Below, in pieces: positions 37,952 through 51,395 of a stretch of DNA of 64,000 bases; the stretch's first letter is position 1, and each line of letters begins with the position of its first letter. Location: the NCBI GenBank assembly GCA_002269645.1, contig NIVC01000298.1, positions 124,001-188,000 on the forward strand, given 5' to 3'. The notes under the pieces are model-generated. The model saw only the letters and a list, made by a program, of their open reading frames with translations. It was not told where the DNA came from and did no database searches. The translations under genes and the position numbers were made by a program. Source of the DNA: Macrostomum lignano. Taxonomy: Eukaryota.

Positions 37952-38906
37952 TAATGGTCATTCTAAAAGTTCGTGCAATTAAGTTTTAACAAATTTCAGT
38001 AAAATCGCCCAGACAGACTAAATAATGTAAAAGAATTGAAGTGCTCGTGCGAGCCCAACTTGAAATTGCAAAACGCAGATTGGCTGTCCCGTATCTCCGC
38101 TGAGCCCCGCACCAGGCCTGTGGTGCTGAGGTGGAGCAGGGGTGAGGAGATGAGGTTAGTTGTCTGCTACTTGTTCACCATGTGCCTGATGGTCTGACTG
38201 TCAACTAACACTGCTACAGGTGCTTCATCATCCAGCATCTTCGCCCTGCACTGCTCAAAAAGCGCCAAAAGATCCTTGACGATGGCATTCTCCTTCTGCA
38301 CAACAATGCCAGCCCCCTCACCAGCAAGATTGTGCAGGAGTTGCAATTAATTAGGTCCTACCCAAGGAGGCAGGCAAAAGCTGCCCCACCCACCGTACTC
38401 ACCTGACATGATCGTCCCTGTGACTACGAACTTTTTCCGAAGATGTATACTTCTTCTGTGTCGCCACTTTTGAGAGTGCAGGTGTAAAGTCTCTCAATCT
38501 TTGCGAGTGACGCAAATCAGCTACGCCACGGCAGACTTGAGTTGAGGAATGAGTGGAGGAGCGGTGTGCGAGGGTTGGACGGATTAAAGCTACCCCGATC
38601 AGGTTTCTCGTATCTTTTATTTCAGAATAGTCCAAGAGAAACTGCTCACTGGAGCACATAGAGTGGCGACTTTTCAATGTTGCTGAGTATAGAATCGTCC
38701 TCGTTTTGACTGCTTAGACAAGCTGATTGCAGAGATAGTCCGTCTATTGAAACAACTTGGTGACTTTAGGGGCTATTAACGGAATTTAGAAGCTTCCAGA
38801 CCAATGGCAAAGTGTCATTGCATCCAGTGAATACTTTTGAAACACAAACTTTTCATTCACTTGTTAGCACTTAAATTCGATTGCACGAACTTTTGCAATG
38901 GCCCTA
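37952..38906 (+). mobile_element. Internally deleted mariner element, copy 1
   Basis: TIR taatggtcattctaaaagttcgtgcaat versus tagggccattgcaaaagttcgtgcaat; broken frames read DGILLLHNNA and PHPPYSPDM..CDYELFPKM. Confidence 0.75.
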
Positions 38907-39552
38907 AGACCAATATACAGCAATGAACTGTACAATTTTTTATATAAGTAATTAACAATTTACAACAGCAATTAAGCATTCTCCTAACAGTTATTATTTT
39001 TATTATTATTAGCTGTTAACAGTTATTTTAAGTAATTAATTAATTATTATAATTCAATTTGGCCTTTTTCCCATAGTTTATATTGTTCCCTTGCCAACAG
39101 TAGTATTTAATATATTTGATAATCACAATATACAAAATCCCTAAGATCCTCATTACTAACTGCAATACGTAGAGTAGACATTTTGGATATTTTGTTTTGA
39201 TACATTTTTATCGTATATTTTCCTACTTATTTATGTGCTTTAGTACTCGTATTTTTACTAGCTATTTTTAGATTCCAAGTAAACCCCTATGTGAATATGT
39301 GCGAGCGTAAATTGCCTCTTCTTTTAGTTATAGCTATTATTAACATCGTACTTTTACTCCTTCGTAATTTGTAAGTAAAACAGGTTTTATTCTATTAGAT
39401 AAATGCTATTTGAAACTTTTATTTATTTTTTAATTCTGATTTATTGCTTTCAAAGATAGAAGTTTCATCTGCTGATTGTAGGAAATGACAAACAAAATCA
39501 CAGATAACCAAATTCATTCCCTTAGATACAAATCAGAACAGAATGGATTGCT

Positions 39553-39644
39553 GACAGACAGACAGACAGACAGACAGACACTAAGAAGACAGACAGACAG
39601 ACAGACAGACAGACACTAAGAAGACAGACAGACAGACACTAAGA

Positions 39645-39697
<53 letters not shown>

Positions 39698-39726
39698 CTA
39701 AGAAGACAGACAGACAGACACTAAGA

Positions 39727-39771
<45 letters not shown>

Positions 39772-39800
39772 CTAAGAAGACAGACAGACAGACAATAAGA

Positions 39801-39837
<37 letters not shown>

Positions 39838-39866
39838 CTAAGAAGACAGACAGACAGACACTAAGA

Positions 39867-39951
<85 letters not shown>

Positions 39952-39980
39952 CTAAGAAGACAGACAGACAGACACTAAGA

Positions 39981-40021
<41 letters not shown>

Positions 40022-40050
40022 CTAAGAAGACAGACAGACAGACAATAAGA

Positions 40051-40083
<33 letters not shown>

Positions 40084-40112
40084 CTAAGAAGACAGACAGA
40101 CAGACAATAAGA

Positions 40113-40149
<37 letters not shown>

Positions 40150-40155
40150 CTAAGA

Positions 40156-40243
<88 letters not shown>

Positions 40244-40265
40244 GGAAAGACAGACAGACAGACAC
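39553..40265. repeat. Compound (CAGA)n microsatellite with cactaagaa/caataagaa interruptions
   Basis: Seen directly; ends about 40 bp before the acceptor of member 4. Confidence 0.97.
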
Positions 40266-40317
40266 AGGAAACAAGCATTCATAGACAGTCTCCATCAAAT
40301 TTTAGCCACCCACCGCA

Positions 40318-40950
40318 ATGCATCTGGCGCTTTCAACAACATTGGCGCTGGTGTCGCCCATGCTGGCGGCTCCCCTGCCTGCCTGCCCCCCTGGCCAGTA
40401 TCGGGACAGCGAGGGAGCCAGCAATTGCAAGGACTGCCCAAGTTTATCGAAGTGCCGCGGCGACTTTGGCAGAGCCTGGGCAGCCAGGTGCGACAGGCCG
40501 TTGATTAAGTCCGCTTGCTCAGATTATTGGTCGTCAGGTAGCAGCTCCGACATCAGTGATGTTGCTGTGAGCAGTAATTCTGGCTCTGCAGAAGCGGGCG
40601 AGTCTCTGCAAAGCATGAATGCCATCACTCGAGCTGCTGGGACGGCTTCCAACAGTAGCGCCAAACTAGCTGGCGATGCCTCTGATATGACTACGGGTGT
40701 CGCATGTGATTGCAACTGTGAAAATGTTCTGCCATATCAGATTGCCATCGCCATCCTTGCCATCATCGGGCCAGGGTTTTTATTGCACAAACTTTATAAA
40801 TATGTTCGCAATTGAATAAAGAACAGACAGAAATCTACGGCGAATAATGAAAATGGCAATTATGACGACGAGAATGGACTGCTTATGCAGGAGCGGCAGT
40901 CACCAAATTCTGCTAAAAGTGGTGGCACTCGAAGTGGTAAACGAAACAAA
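40318..40950 (+). CDS. TNFR-like receptor, member 4 (alpha N-domain + stalk B then A + TM type 2); TGA at 40813-40815 truncates the tail
   Basis: [41 protein letters not shown]...; the frame after TGA stays homologous to the member 12 tail up to donor AAA|gtaag at 40951. Confidence 0.78.
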
Positions 40951-41952
40951 GTAAGTGAAAAAAAATTCTTGATTAAAGCTGCCCTGAATGTCTTCTATAC
41001 ATGTAGTTGAAAACGTTTCTTCGCTAAAATTCTCAAGTTTTAAGGTATGCTAGCGAATCATTTATCCAAGTGTGGGATCTCCTTGTATGATTAATCTCTG
41101 CATGTGGGGTCTCTGTAGAGTGTGATTCTTAGGGTGTGGTATCTCCCTTTTTCAAGCTGTGAAAGTCTTTCTCCAGCACAGCATTGCGCACAAAAAAATT
41201 TTTTTTCAGCGTCGGAACTCGTAAAACGAATTAAAATAAAAAACCTTTTTTCAGCGTCGGAACTCGTAAAACGAATTAAAATAAAAAAACCGTTGAAGTT
41301 TGGATTGGATCGGCCAGCTGGTTGATCACCGATTCTACTTGACTCTGACAGTGACTATTTTTAATTGTGCTATAACTTTTTTTTAGTTATGTAACGTTCT
41401 GGCTTAGGCGCATTAGCGCTTGTATCAGCAGAGTCAGCGGAATGGGTAGAATTTCGCATTGCTTGATAATTGCATAACAATTTATCCATCCGTGCTGAGT
41501 TGTTACGTATATATTGGTAGCCAACTCATATTTTATTAGTTTGCGAATTCAATATTTTTTAGATTCTCCTTCCTGTCTTTCTGAAGCTTAAGAGCTCTGC
41601 CATTTTTGTGATATAATATTCAATACAGTACTATAGATTGGTTTCTTCAGTAGTATAACTCTGCGTATCTGGAATTTTATCTTTCTCAAATTTTGCAGAG
41701 TTATCTGCGATGCACACACAGCATGCTGTTTCAGAATTTTTAACTAATAATGGCAGAAAAACTATAATGCCAAAATTCTACCTACGCCTTTTATTTATTT
41801 TATTCTTTACATTCTCAAAGCAAATATGTCTTTGACAAGTCGTAATCGTTAAAACAAAACTTCTCTCTGATCGTTTTTATTAGTTATTGATTTTCTTTAG
41901 AAGAAAAATACCGCGTCTCATTTGGGGCATGCTGTGGTTAATACAGGCAACA

Positions 41953-42760
<808 letters not shown>

Positions 42761-43169
42761 TTCTTACTGACCTTCACCAAAGCTCATTCAATCGTTTATT
42801 CATATTTTTGTCTTACTTTAGTACTTTTAAAGTCTATCGATTAACTACTTGCTATATCCAGCTGAAGTTAGACAGTTGTCCTTCTTACCAACAGTTTGAT
42901 ACACATAATTACTCATTTTAACCTGTTTTTCAATCCGTGCGTTTGTGTGCCTTTGTTTTAAATAACTAAGCTTTCCAACTCGATAAAGTCCGATTTGTTT
43001 TTGTTTTATTGCTTAGAAATATAGCACATGATTTAGCAATAATAAAAACGTTTGATGGAGTGGATTGCTAATCTATTCCCTTTGATACAAAGCAGAATAG
43101 AATGGATTGCTAATCTATTCAATTCTACATATAATTTCAGTGACTTCACCAATCTTGCTACAGATCAAG

Positions 43170-43939
43170 ATGTCGTTAAAAATAATTCAGGCATGCCATG
43201 TCTCACTGCCGGGCTGCCGTCAAAAAACTGCCCACTGGGCACCTATCACAATAAGGGCGCTACTGACAACTGTGATAAATGCCCAACATGGCAGCAGTGC
43301 ATCGGAGAACATAAATTTTGGCGAGCTCAGTGCGAGCAGGAGATTATTAGAGCTGGCTGTCAGGAATTTTGGAACCAGTCTCGAGATGCTGAGACGGCTT
43401 CATCAGCTCATAATTTCAACAGTAGCGCCAAGCTGCCAGGCAATGCCTCTGATGTGAATACAGGTGCCGCATGTGATTGCAAGTGCAACTGTCCATCAGA
43501 TTCCTGGCGAAGAAGAAACGCCTCATCACTAATTGGTAAATCAGTGACTGAAGCGCCAAATCTCGCTGAGAATGCGCCAGGTAGCAGCTCGGACATTGGT
43601 GGTGTTGCTGTGAGCAATAATTCTAGCTCTGCAGAATCTCTGCAACCCAATACCACCGAAGGATCAAAGAATGGTGCAGCCTGCCAGGATAGCAGAGTAG
43701 ATCCTTGGACAATCGTTTTAGCTGTCCTTTTATTCATTTCCTTAATCGCTATTGCCGTCCTATCGTGTGTTATTTACAAACTGTGCAAAAATGCTCGAAC
43801 TGCAGTTGAATCCAGTGCAGACAAGCAATGCAAGTTTATTAAAGGCGAAAATTCTTTCAGCCAGTTACTGACGAAGGACGAGCAGACAGCTGGCCCCACA
43901 GATACCGATGGTGCTGACAAAGAATCTCTATCCAAATAA
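43170..43939 (+). pseudogene. TNFR-like receptor, member 5 (beta N-domain + A + B + TM/tail 1); signal peptide frameshifted by a ~19-nt deletion, with an in-frame ATG at 43193
   Basis: ATG at 43170 (MSLKIIQ) matches members 9 and 12 but lacks tcatttatagtgttgacag; the rest of the ORF (CPLGTYHNKG...DPWTIVLAVLLF) is intact. Confidence 0.72.
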
Positions 43940-45139
43940 CTTTGATTGTGACAGCCAAACTACTTAATAACTTGACCTAATATTCGATATCGTAGCTTGT
44001 GCTTGTTAATACATTTTATAATTGTTTTTAGCAAGTATGGATTTCGTGCTTACAAGTTTCCGATATATTATTACTGTTAGTAATATGGCAATATTTATTA
44101 TTGTTTGCTTGCCCCGAATTACAATAAGCTGAATTCCTTACATTTTTACTATAAGTAGTGCAGTTAGTCATTCTCTGTTACGAATTTCCCCTGTTTTTAC
44201 TTTTCTAATATTTGCTACTATTTTTAAAGAATACAACAGTAATTAAATAGTGGAATTTCTGTCATAATCTGCCTAGAGTTTTTTATCTATGTGCACTATT
44301 ATTTTATTGGACTTTGACACACTTACGCGCATACGTACACTATATTTTTTTGTATTATTTACTGCATTCTCTAACTGGCATTTTAACATATAGCTCTTTC
44401 TGGCGCTATTTTTTAGCTCATTCAATCTTGTATTAGTGTAGCTTTCAATCCTATCAAGATCAACAAATTATTTTATCCAGCTGAAATTTTATTACAATTT
44501 TTTTACTTGTTTTGCAATCTGCGAATTTGCGTGCGGGTGTTTCGGTGCCTTTGTTTTAATTAACTAAGCTTTCCAACTCTTGATGAAAACCGACTTGTTT
44601 TTGTTTTATTGATTAGAAACATATATCACATGATTTTAGCAATAAAATAAATTGCTTGATAGGGTGGATTGCTAATCTATTCCATAGATACTTTCAATCA
44701 ATTCTATATTTATTCTTAAAACTACAGAGGTTGTCGTACACAATTCACAAGTGCATGTAGTTATTATTTTTTATTAGTCCGATAAATAATGTCTTTTTGT
44801 GTCTTTATTGTTCTTTGGCGGCGGTAGACAACTGACTGACAACGTATTTTGTTGTTGTTGTTTACTAATATACCAGTAGCAGTACAAATGTACAAATATA
44901 TCTATTAAGTCCAGCAAATGCATATATAATCTTTTCATCATTCGTAATCTGAATATTTATGCGTTTATTATTCAACGTGATTGACCTTGGGAGTTTTAAA
45001 TTAGCCTATTTAAAACTTTAGAATTCGAATTTTTTATGAAATCTTTAGTGCAGGAATCTGTAAGACCCACGGTAAAATGTCCTCTTATTAAGGATAAGCG
45101 ATAGGGTGTGAGATCTCCTTGTAGGATTTAATCTCAGGA

Positions 45140-45680
45140 TGTAGGATCTCATCGGAGGATGAGTCTCATGGTGTGGGATCTCAATGGAGGATTCTCATGG
45201 TGTAGGATCTCAATGGAGGATTCTCATGGTGTGGGATCTCAATGGAAGAGGATTATCATGGTGTGGGATCTCAATGGAGGATTCTCATGGTGTGGGATCT
45301 CAATGGAGAAGAATTCTCATGGTGTGGGATCTCAATGGAGGAGGATTCTCATGGTGTGGGATCTCATCGGAGGGTGATTCTCATGGTGTTGGATCTCAAT
45401 GGAAGAGGATTCTCATTTCTCATGGTGTGGGATCTCAATTGAGGAGGATTCTCATGGTGTGGGATCTCAATGGAGGAGGATTCTCATTTCTCATGGTGTG
45501 GGATCTCAATGGAGGAGGATTCTCATTTCTCATGGTGTGGGATCTCAATGGAGGAGGATTCTCATTTCTCATGGTGTGGGATCTCAATGGAGGAGGATTC
45601 TCATGGTGTGGGATCTCAACGGAGGATGATTCTCATGGTGTGAGATCTCATCGGAGGATGATTCTCATGATGTTCTTTTT
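45140..45680. repeat. ~30-bp minisatellite (gaggattctcatggtgtgggatctcaatgga)n
   Basis: Tandem units seen; lies just upstream of member 6. Confidence 0.93.
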
Positions 45681-45807
45681 TGCTAAAAGAAAAATAATTT
45701 GTGTAGCTAGTGCATTTTGCGTCAAGCTTTTAGAGATGTTCCAAGAAACATCAGTTCACACTATAATGCAAGCATTTCTTCTTTGATTTGCATGCCAGCA
45801 AGCAAAT

Positions 45808-46872
45808 ATGAAAGCAGGTTTGCTTTCTCTGGCTGTGATTGTACCGTTGTGGTTTTCCATCAACCCAGAGGCCAGAACCATGGGCGATTGGCCTCCAAAA
45901 TGTGAGCCAGGCAGATACCCTGACATGAGCACCCATGACTGCAAACTGTGTCCTACTCTTGACCGGTGCCGCAGCAATCCCACAGTGAGGCACGAGTGCA
46001 GGCGGACCTTTGTCCGCAAATACTGCAAGTTCACCTTGGATGAGCTGCAGCCGCGGATGGCTGGAACCATCGAGGCCTCTGTTGAACCAGCTGAAGCCGC
46101 TGCTAATAAACCTATTGGTAGTACTGCGAAACCATCTGGTAGTATTGATAAATCTGCTAGTACTGCCGATAAATCTGCTGAGACTGCCGATAAATTTGCT
46201 GGAACTGCCGATAAATCTGCTGGTACTGCCGATAAATCTGCTGGAACTGCCGATAAATCTGCTGGCACTGCCGATAAATCTGCTGGTACTGCCGATAAAT
46301 CTGCTGGTACTGCCGATAAATCTGCTGGAACTGCCGATAAATCTGCTGGCACTGCCGATAAATCTGCTGGTACTGCCGATAAATCTGCTGGTACTGCCGA
46401 TAAATCTGCTGGTACTGCCGATAAATCTGCTGGTACTGCCGATAAATCTGCTGGCACTGCCGATAAATCTGCCATTCCGCTCTACGCAAAGATACTGATT
46501 GGTTTGATGGTACCAATAGTGATCCTTCTCACTGCCATCCTGATTGCTATCCTAGTCTTCTACTATCAATGGTGGAAGAACAATAAACAGAAGCAGAAAT
46601 TTCAACAGAAGCTGAAACAGGCTTCAAGTCTGTCTACCAACAGCCTGCAGCGCTCCTCTGGCAACCGTAAGAGAACTCCATCTTCCACTAGTGAGTTGCC
46701 GAAGAATGAGCTAGACAACTTGATGCCGTCTGATGATAATCAAAGGAATGGCGGTGATGAGTCATCTAACATGCTGTCATCTAATGATCTTCAAAGGAAT
46801 GGCGGCGATGAGTCATCTAACATAAAGTTACAACTGGATTCTGATGAAATCATGTTAAGTACCGAAGTGTAG
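45808..46872 (+). CDS. TNFR-like receptor, member 6 (gamma N-domain, ~15 x 7-aa TADKSAG stalk, TM, ~100-aa tail ending STEV)
   Basis: Signal peptide; WPPKCEPGRYPDMSTHDCKLCP..C...C...C; 21-bp VNTR in frame; TM ILIGLMVPIVILLTAILIAILVFYY; basic KNNKQK after the TM. Confidence 0.87.
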   Translation: MKAGLLSLAVIVPLWFSINPEARTMGDWPPKCEPGRYPDMSTHDCKLCPTLDRCRSNPTVRHECRRTFVRKYCKFTLDELQPRMAGTIEASVEPAEAAANKPIGSTAKPSGSIDKSASTADKSAETADKFAGTADKSAGTADKSAGTADKSAGTADKSAGTADKSAGTADKSAGTADKSAGTADKSAGTADKSAGTADKSAGTADKSAGTADKSAGTADKSAIPLYAKILIGLMVPIVILLTAILIAILVFYYQWWKNNKQKQKFQQKLKQASSLSTNSLQRSSGNRKRTPSSTSELPKNELDNLMPSDDNQRNGGDESSNMLSSNDLQRNGGDESSNIKLQLDSDEIMLSTEV

Positions 46873-47714
46873 ATTTATTAAAATAACGTTGACTTCTTTC
46901 ACATTCCATAACTTTACGACCATGAGAAACCCAACATGGCTTGTACCTTAAAAATTGTTTTCGATGTGCAAAAACAATATTTTCTTTTAGATAAAAAATT
47001 GTACACTTACGCTTACAGATTTACTAGTAGTAAATATTTTTGTTCCGATCTGTCTTTTACCGGTACGAGCGTATAATGTACTCGATTTTTTACAATGCAG
47101 TTTGCGCCGCTTCCTATAAAAATATTTTTTAACTTTAAAACTTTAATAGTGTAATTACTTTAACATGAAAATATTTTGAGTTGATTTTTTCTACAATCAC
47201 AAAGCTGAGTTGGTTGTGCACTCATTACGCAAGTACATTTAGTTATATTTTTTGATTTTATTTTATCACGTTTCTTTCTTTTTCTGCCTTTATTGTTTTT
47301 TCTGCATAAAATAGCTTATATATAGAGTCTCAAAATAAGTGAATAAAGTAATAAATGTTAATCAAAATTCTTCTATGAATTACCTACGATATTATTAAAG
47401 TTAAGCACTTTAAAGATCAAGTTACCTAAATTATGTAGACCACGTTATCCGTATGAAACTGCCTTAAGATGTCATTCCCTATTTTAACAAAACTGACACA
47501 AGCAACACTTTCCTCTTTTTACTGTTTTATTACTTCCAGTGTTTTAAACAACTCATAATCTGGAAAGTATTATCGCAAATTATTATTTTATACTTATCAA
47601 ATAATAAATAAATATATCTATCCAGTCGTGCATGAGCAGCAACCAAATTACTATCATTCGTGATGTGTTTATCGTGTTTATTAATTATTAATTTGAAGAA
47701 CATTGGAGTTTTGG

Positions 47715-48290
47715 TGTGAGATCTCATCGGTGGATGATTCTCATGGTGTGAGATCTCATTGGATGCTGATTCTCATGGTGTGAGATCTCATTGGATGCTG
47801 ATTCTCATTGTGTGAGATTTCATTGGATGCTGATTCTCATGGTGTGAGATCTCATTGAATGCTGATTCTCATGGTGTAAGATCTCTTCGGTAGATGATTC
47901 TCATGGTGTGAGATCTCATTGAATGCTGATTCTCATGGTGTAAGATCTCTTCGGTAGATGATTCTCATGGTGTGAGATCTCATTGGATGCTGATTCTCGT
48001 GGTGCGAGGTCTCATTGGATGTTGATTTTCATGGTGTGAGATCTCATTGGATGCTGATTCTCATGGTGTGAGATCTCATTGGATGCTGATTCTCGTGGTG
48101 CGAGGTCTCATTGGATGTTGATTTTCATGGTGTGAAATCTCGTTGGATGCTGATTCTCATGGTGTGAGATCTCACCGGAGAATGATTCTTATGGTGTGGG
48201 ATCTCACCGGAGAATGATTCTTATGGTGTGGGATCTCACCGGAGAATGATTCTTATGGTGTGAGATCTCATCGGAGGATGATTCTCATTG
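47715..48290. repeat. ~31-bp minisatellite (ctcatggtgtgagatctcattggatgctgatt)n, same family as 45140-45680
   Basis: Tandem units seen; lies upstream of member 7. Confidence 0.93.
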
Positions 48291-48537
48291 TGCAGGTAAA
48301 AATGCACACGATTTTTACTATTGCTAGTAATTGGTTAGCAAAATAGGTTTTAGTGACAATAAGACAGGCAAGTCATACCTGAAAGTGAAAATAGAAAGTG
48401 GTGCTATTTTTGCTGAAAGAAAAGGAATTTCTATAGCCAGTGTATTTTGCGCAAAGCTTTTAGGAATTTTTTCCAAGAAACATCACTTCAAACTAATGAA
48501 AGCATTTCTTCTTTTATTTGCATGCAAACAAACAAAC

Positions 48538-49425
48538 ATGAAGGCAATTTTGCTTTCTCTAGCTATGATTGTACTGTTATGGTTGTCCGTCAACCCAGAA
48601 GCCAGAACCATGGGTAATTGGCCTCCAAAGTGTCAGCCAGGCGAATACCCTGACATGAGCACCCATGACTGCAAGCGCTGTCCTAGCCTTGACCGGTGTC
48701 GCAGCAATCCCACTGTAGGACATGAGTGCAGACGGAGCCATGTTCGTGAATACTGCAAGTTCACCTTGGATGAGCTGCAGCCGCGGATGGCTGGCACCAG
48801 CGACGCCTCTGTTGAACCAACTAAAGAGGCTGCTATCCAATCCACGACAGAAATGCCTGGTTCTACTGATAGACCGGCTGGTTCTACTGATAGACCGGCT
48901 AGTTCTACTAATAGACCGGCTGGTTCTGCTGGTAGACCGGTTGGTTCTGCTGGTAGACCGGTTGGTTCTGCTGGTAGACCGGTTGGTTCTGCTGGTAGAC
49001 CGGTTGGTTCTGCTGGTAGACCGGTTGGTTCTGCTGGTAGACCGGTTGGTTGTACTGATAAGCCTGCTGGTTTTTCCTTTCCGGTCTACGAAAAGATAAA
49101 AATTGGTTTGGGCGTACTAATAATGATCCTTCTGATGCTCATCCTAATTTCTTTCCTCGCCTTCTTCTACAAATGGTCAAAGAACAATAAACAAAAGCAG
49201 AAGTTTCAACAGCAACTGAAACAGGCTTCAAATCTGTCTACCAAAAGACTACAGCGTTCCGCTGGAAACCGTAAGAGAACTCCATCCTCAAATAGTGAGT
49301 TGCCAAGCCATGAGCTAGAAAATTTGATGCCGTCTGATGATAATCAAACGAATGTCGGCTATGAGTCATCTAAGATTAAAGAACAACCGTATTCTAAGGA
49401 AGACATCCTGACAACTGCGTTGTAA
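48538..49425 (+). CDS. TNFR-like receptor, member 7 (gamma N-domain, ~10 x 7-aa STDRPAG/SAGRPVG stalk, tail ending TTAL); likely start MKAILLSLAM
   Basis: Close paralogue of member 6; the track ORF's extension from 48331 corresponds to non-coding sequence upstream of member 6. Confidence 0.87.
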   Translation: MKAILLSLAMIVLLWLSVNPEARTMGNWPPKCQPGEYPDMSTHDCKRCPSLDRCRSNPTVGHECRRSHVREYCKFTLDELQPRMAGTSDASVEPTKEAAIQSTTEMPGSTDRPAGSTDRPASSTNRPAGSAGRPVGSAGRPVGSAGRPVGSAGRPVGSAGRPVGSAGRPVGCTDKPAGFSFPVYEKIKIGLGVLIMILLMLILISFLAFFYKWSKNNKQKQKFQQQLKQASNLSTKRLQRSAGNRKRTPSSNSELPSHELENLMPSDDNQTNVGYESSKIKEQPYSKEDILTTAL

Positions 49426-50113
49426 CTGTAAATTTATTGAATAAGACCCCCGTCGAGGGCTAGAACTTGTTGACTGGTTCAATAACTTTGCAACCATGAG
49501 AAACCTATTGTGGTACCAACAGCATGGCTTGGACCTTAAATCAGAATTATTTTCTGGCGTCCCAATACAATTTTTTTAACAATCTTTTTGAAATAACAAC
49601 TTTTATACACTTATAGATTTGGTAGGTGGATATTTTTTGTTCTAATCTGTTTTTACCGGTTTAATAAAATAGAATTTTTGCAATACAATTCGCCACGCTT
49701 GCTAAAACAATCTTTTTAACAAAAAAAAATTTTTTTAATATTGTCTAAATATTTTACTTCAAAATCTCCACTTGTACCAAAATCGAAGGCTGTTAATCAT
49801 ATTTATTCCAAAATTCTAAAGTACACGTACTTGTCATTTTATTTTTTGGAATCACGTTTTATTGTGTCTTTAATGTTTTTCTCTGTGCAAAAAATCTTAT
49901 AGAATAGCTTAGTCGATTAGTTATTTGACTAGTTATTGCAACAATTGAGTTTTAAAATTTAGAAATTGGGTAATGAGTTTTAATCGAATTGTGTTCCTAT
50001 TTTATATAGTGTTATTATTAAGTTAACCACTTTAAAGATTAAATAAACTTCCTAGATAGGTACGTTTTCTGTGATAATGAACAAATATATCTATCAGGGT
50101 GCGCGAAGAAGGG

Positions 50114-50789
<676 letters not shown>

Positions 50790-50819
50790 TGAAACAAGAC
50801 AGATTTCATCAAATTTCAG

Positions 50820-51395
50820 ATGGTAAAGGCAATTCAGTTGCTCGCTATATTTATTCTGGTGCTGCCCATGCCGGCAGATCCCCTGCCTGCCTGTCCGCCT
50901 GGCAAATATCGCCACCCTGGAGCCAACGATTGCAGGCTCTGTCCGAGCCTTTCACTGTGCCGCTCTGACGAAGCCTGGGCAGCCAGGTGCGAGTGGCAGT
51001 CGATTAAGTCGGCTTGCTCGCAATTTTGGGGAAATAATCAGCCGCCTAATCCCGCTGAGAATGCGCCAGGTAACGGCTCTGACACCAGTGGCGTTGCTGT
51101 GAGCAATAGTTCTAGCGACTTCAGTGCTACTACTAAACCATCAAATGAAGGTGCGGCTGGCAAAGTAGATCCTTGGATTTTAGGTGTAATTTAATTCTTT
51201 TGCTCTATCGTTATTGCCGTCCTATCGTGCGTTATTGCCAAAATGCGCAGAAATTCTGGCACTGCAGATGAATCCGGTACAGAGAACCAAAGCAAATTTA
51301 TTGAAGGCGAAAATTCTGTAGGCCAGCTCCTGACCGGTGACAAGCAGACTGGTTCCACAGATGCCGAAGATGCCGCTGTCTTTATTGACAAATAA
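50820..51395 (+). CDS. TNFR-like gene, member 8 (alpha N-domain + stalk B); in-frame TAA at 51192-51194 before the TM gives a predicted soluble 124-aa product
   Basis: tttcag|ATG; [20 protein letters not shown]; after TAA the same frame continues [22 protein letters not shown]...AAVFIDK*. Confidence 0.78.

Noticed and set aside
45756-46516. Overlapping antisense and alternate-frame repeat ORFs (ADLSAVP, QQIYRQY, LPINLLV)
   Set aside because: Shadows of the 21-bp VNTR in member 6.
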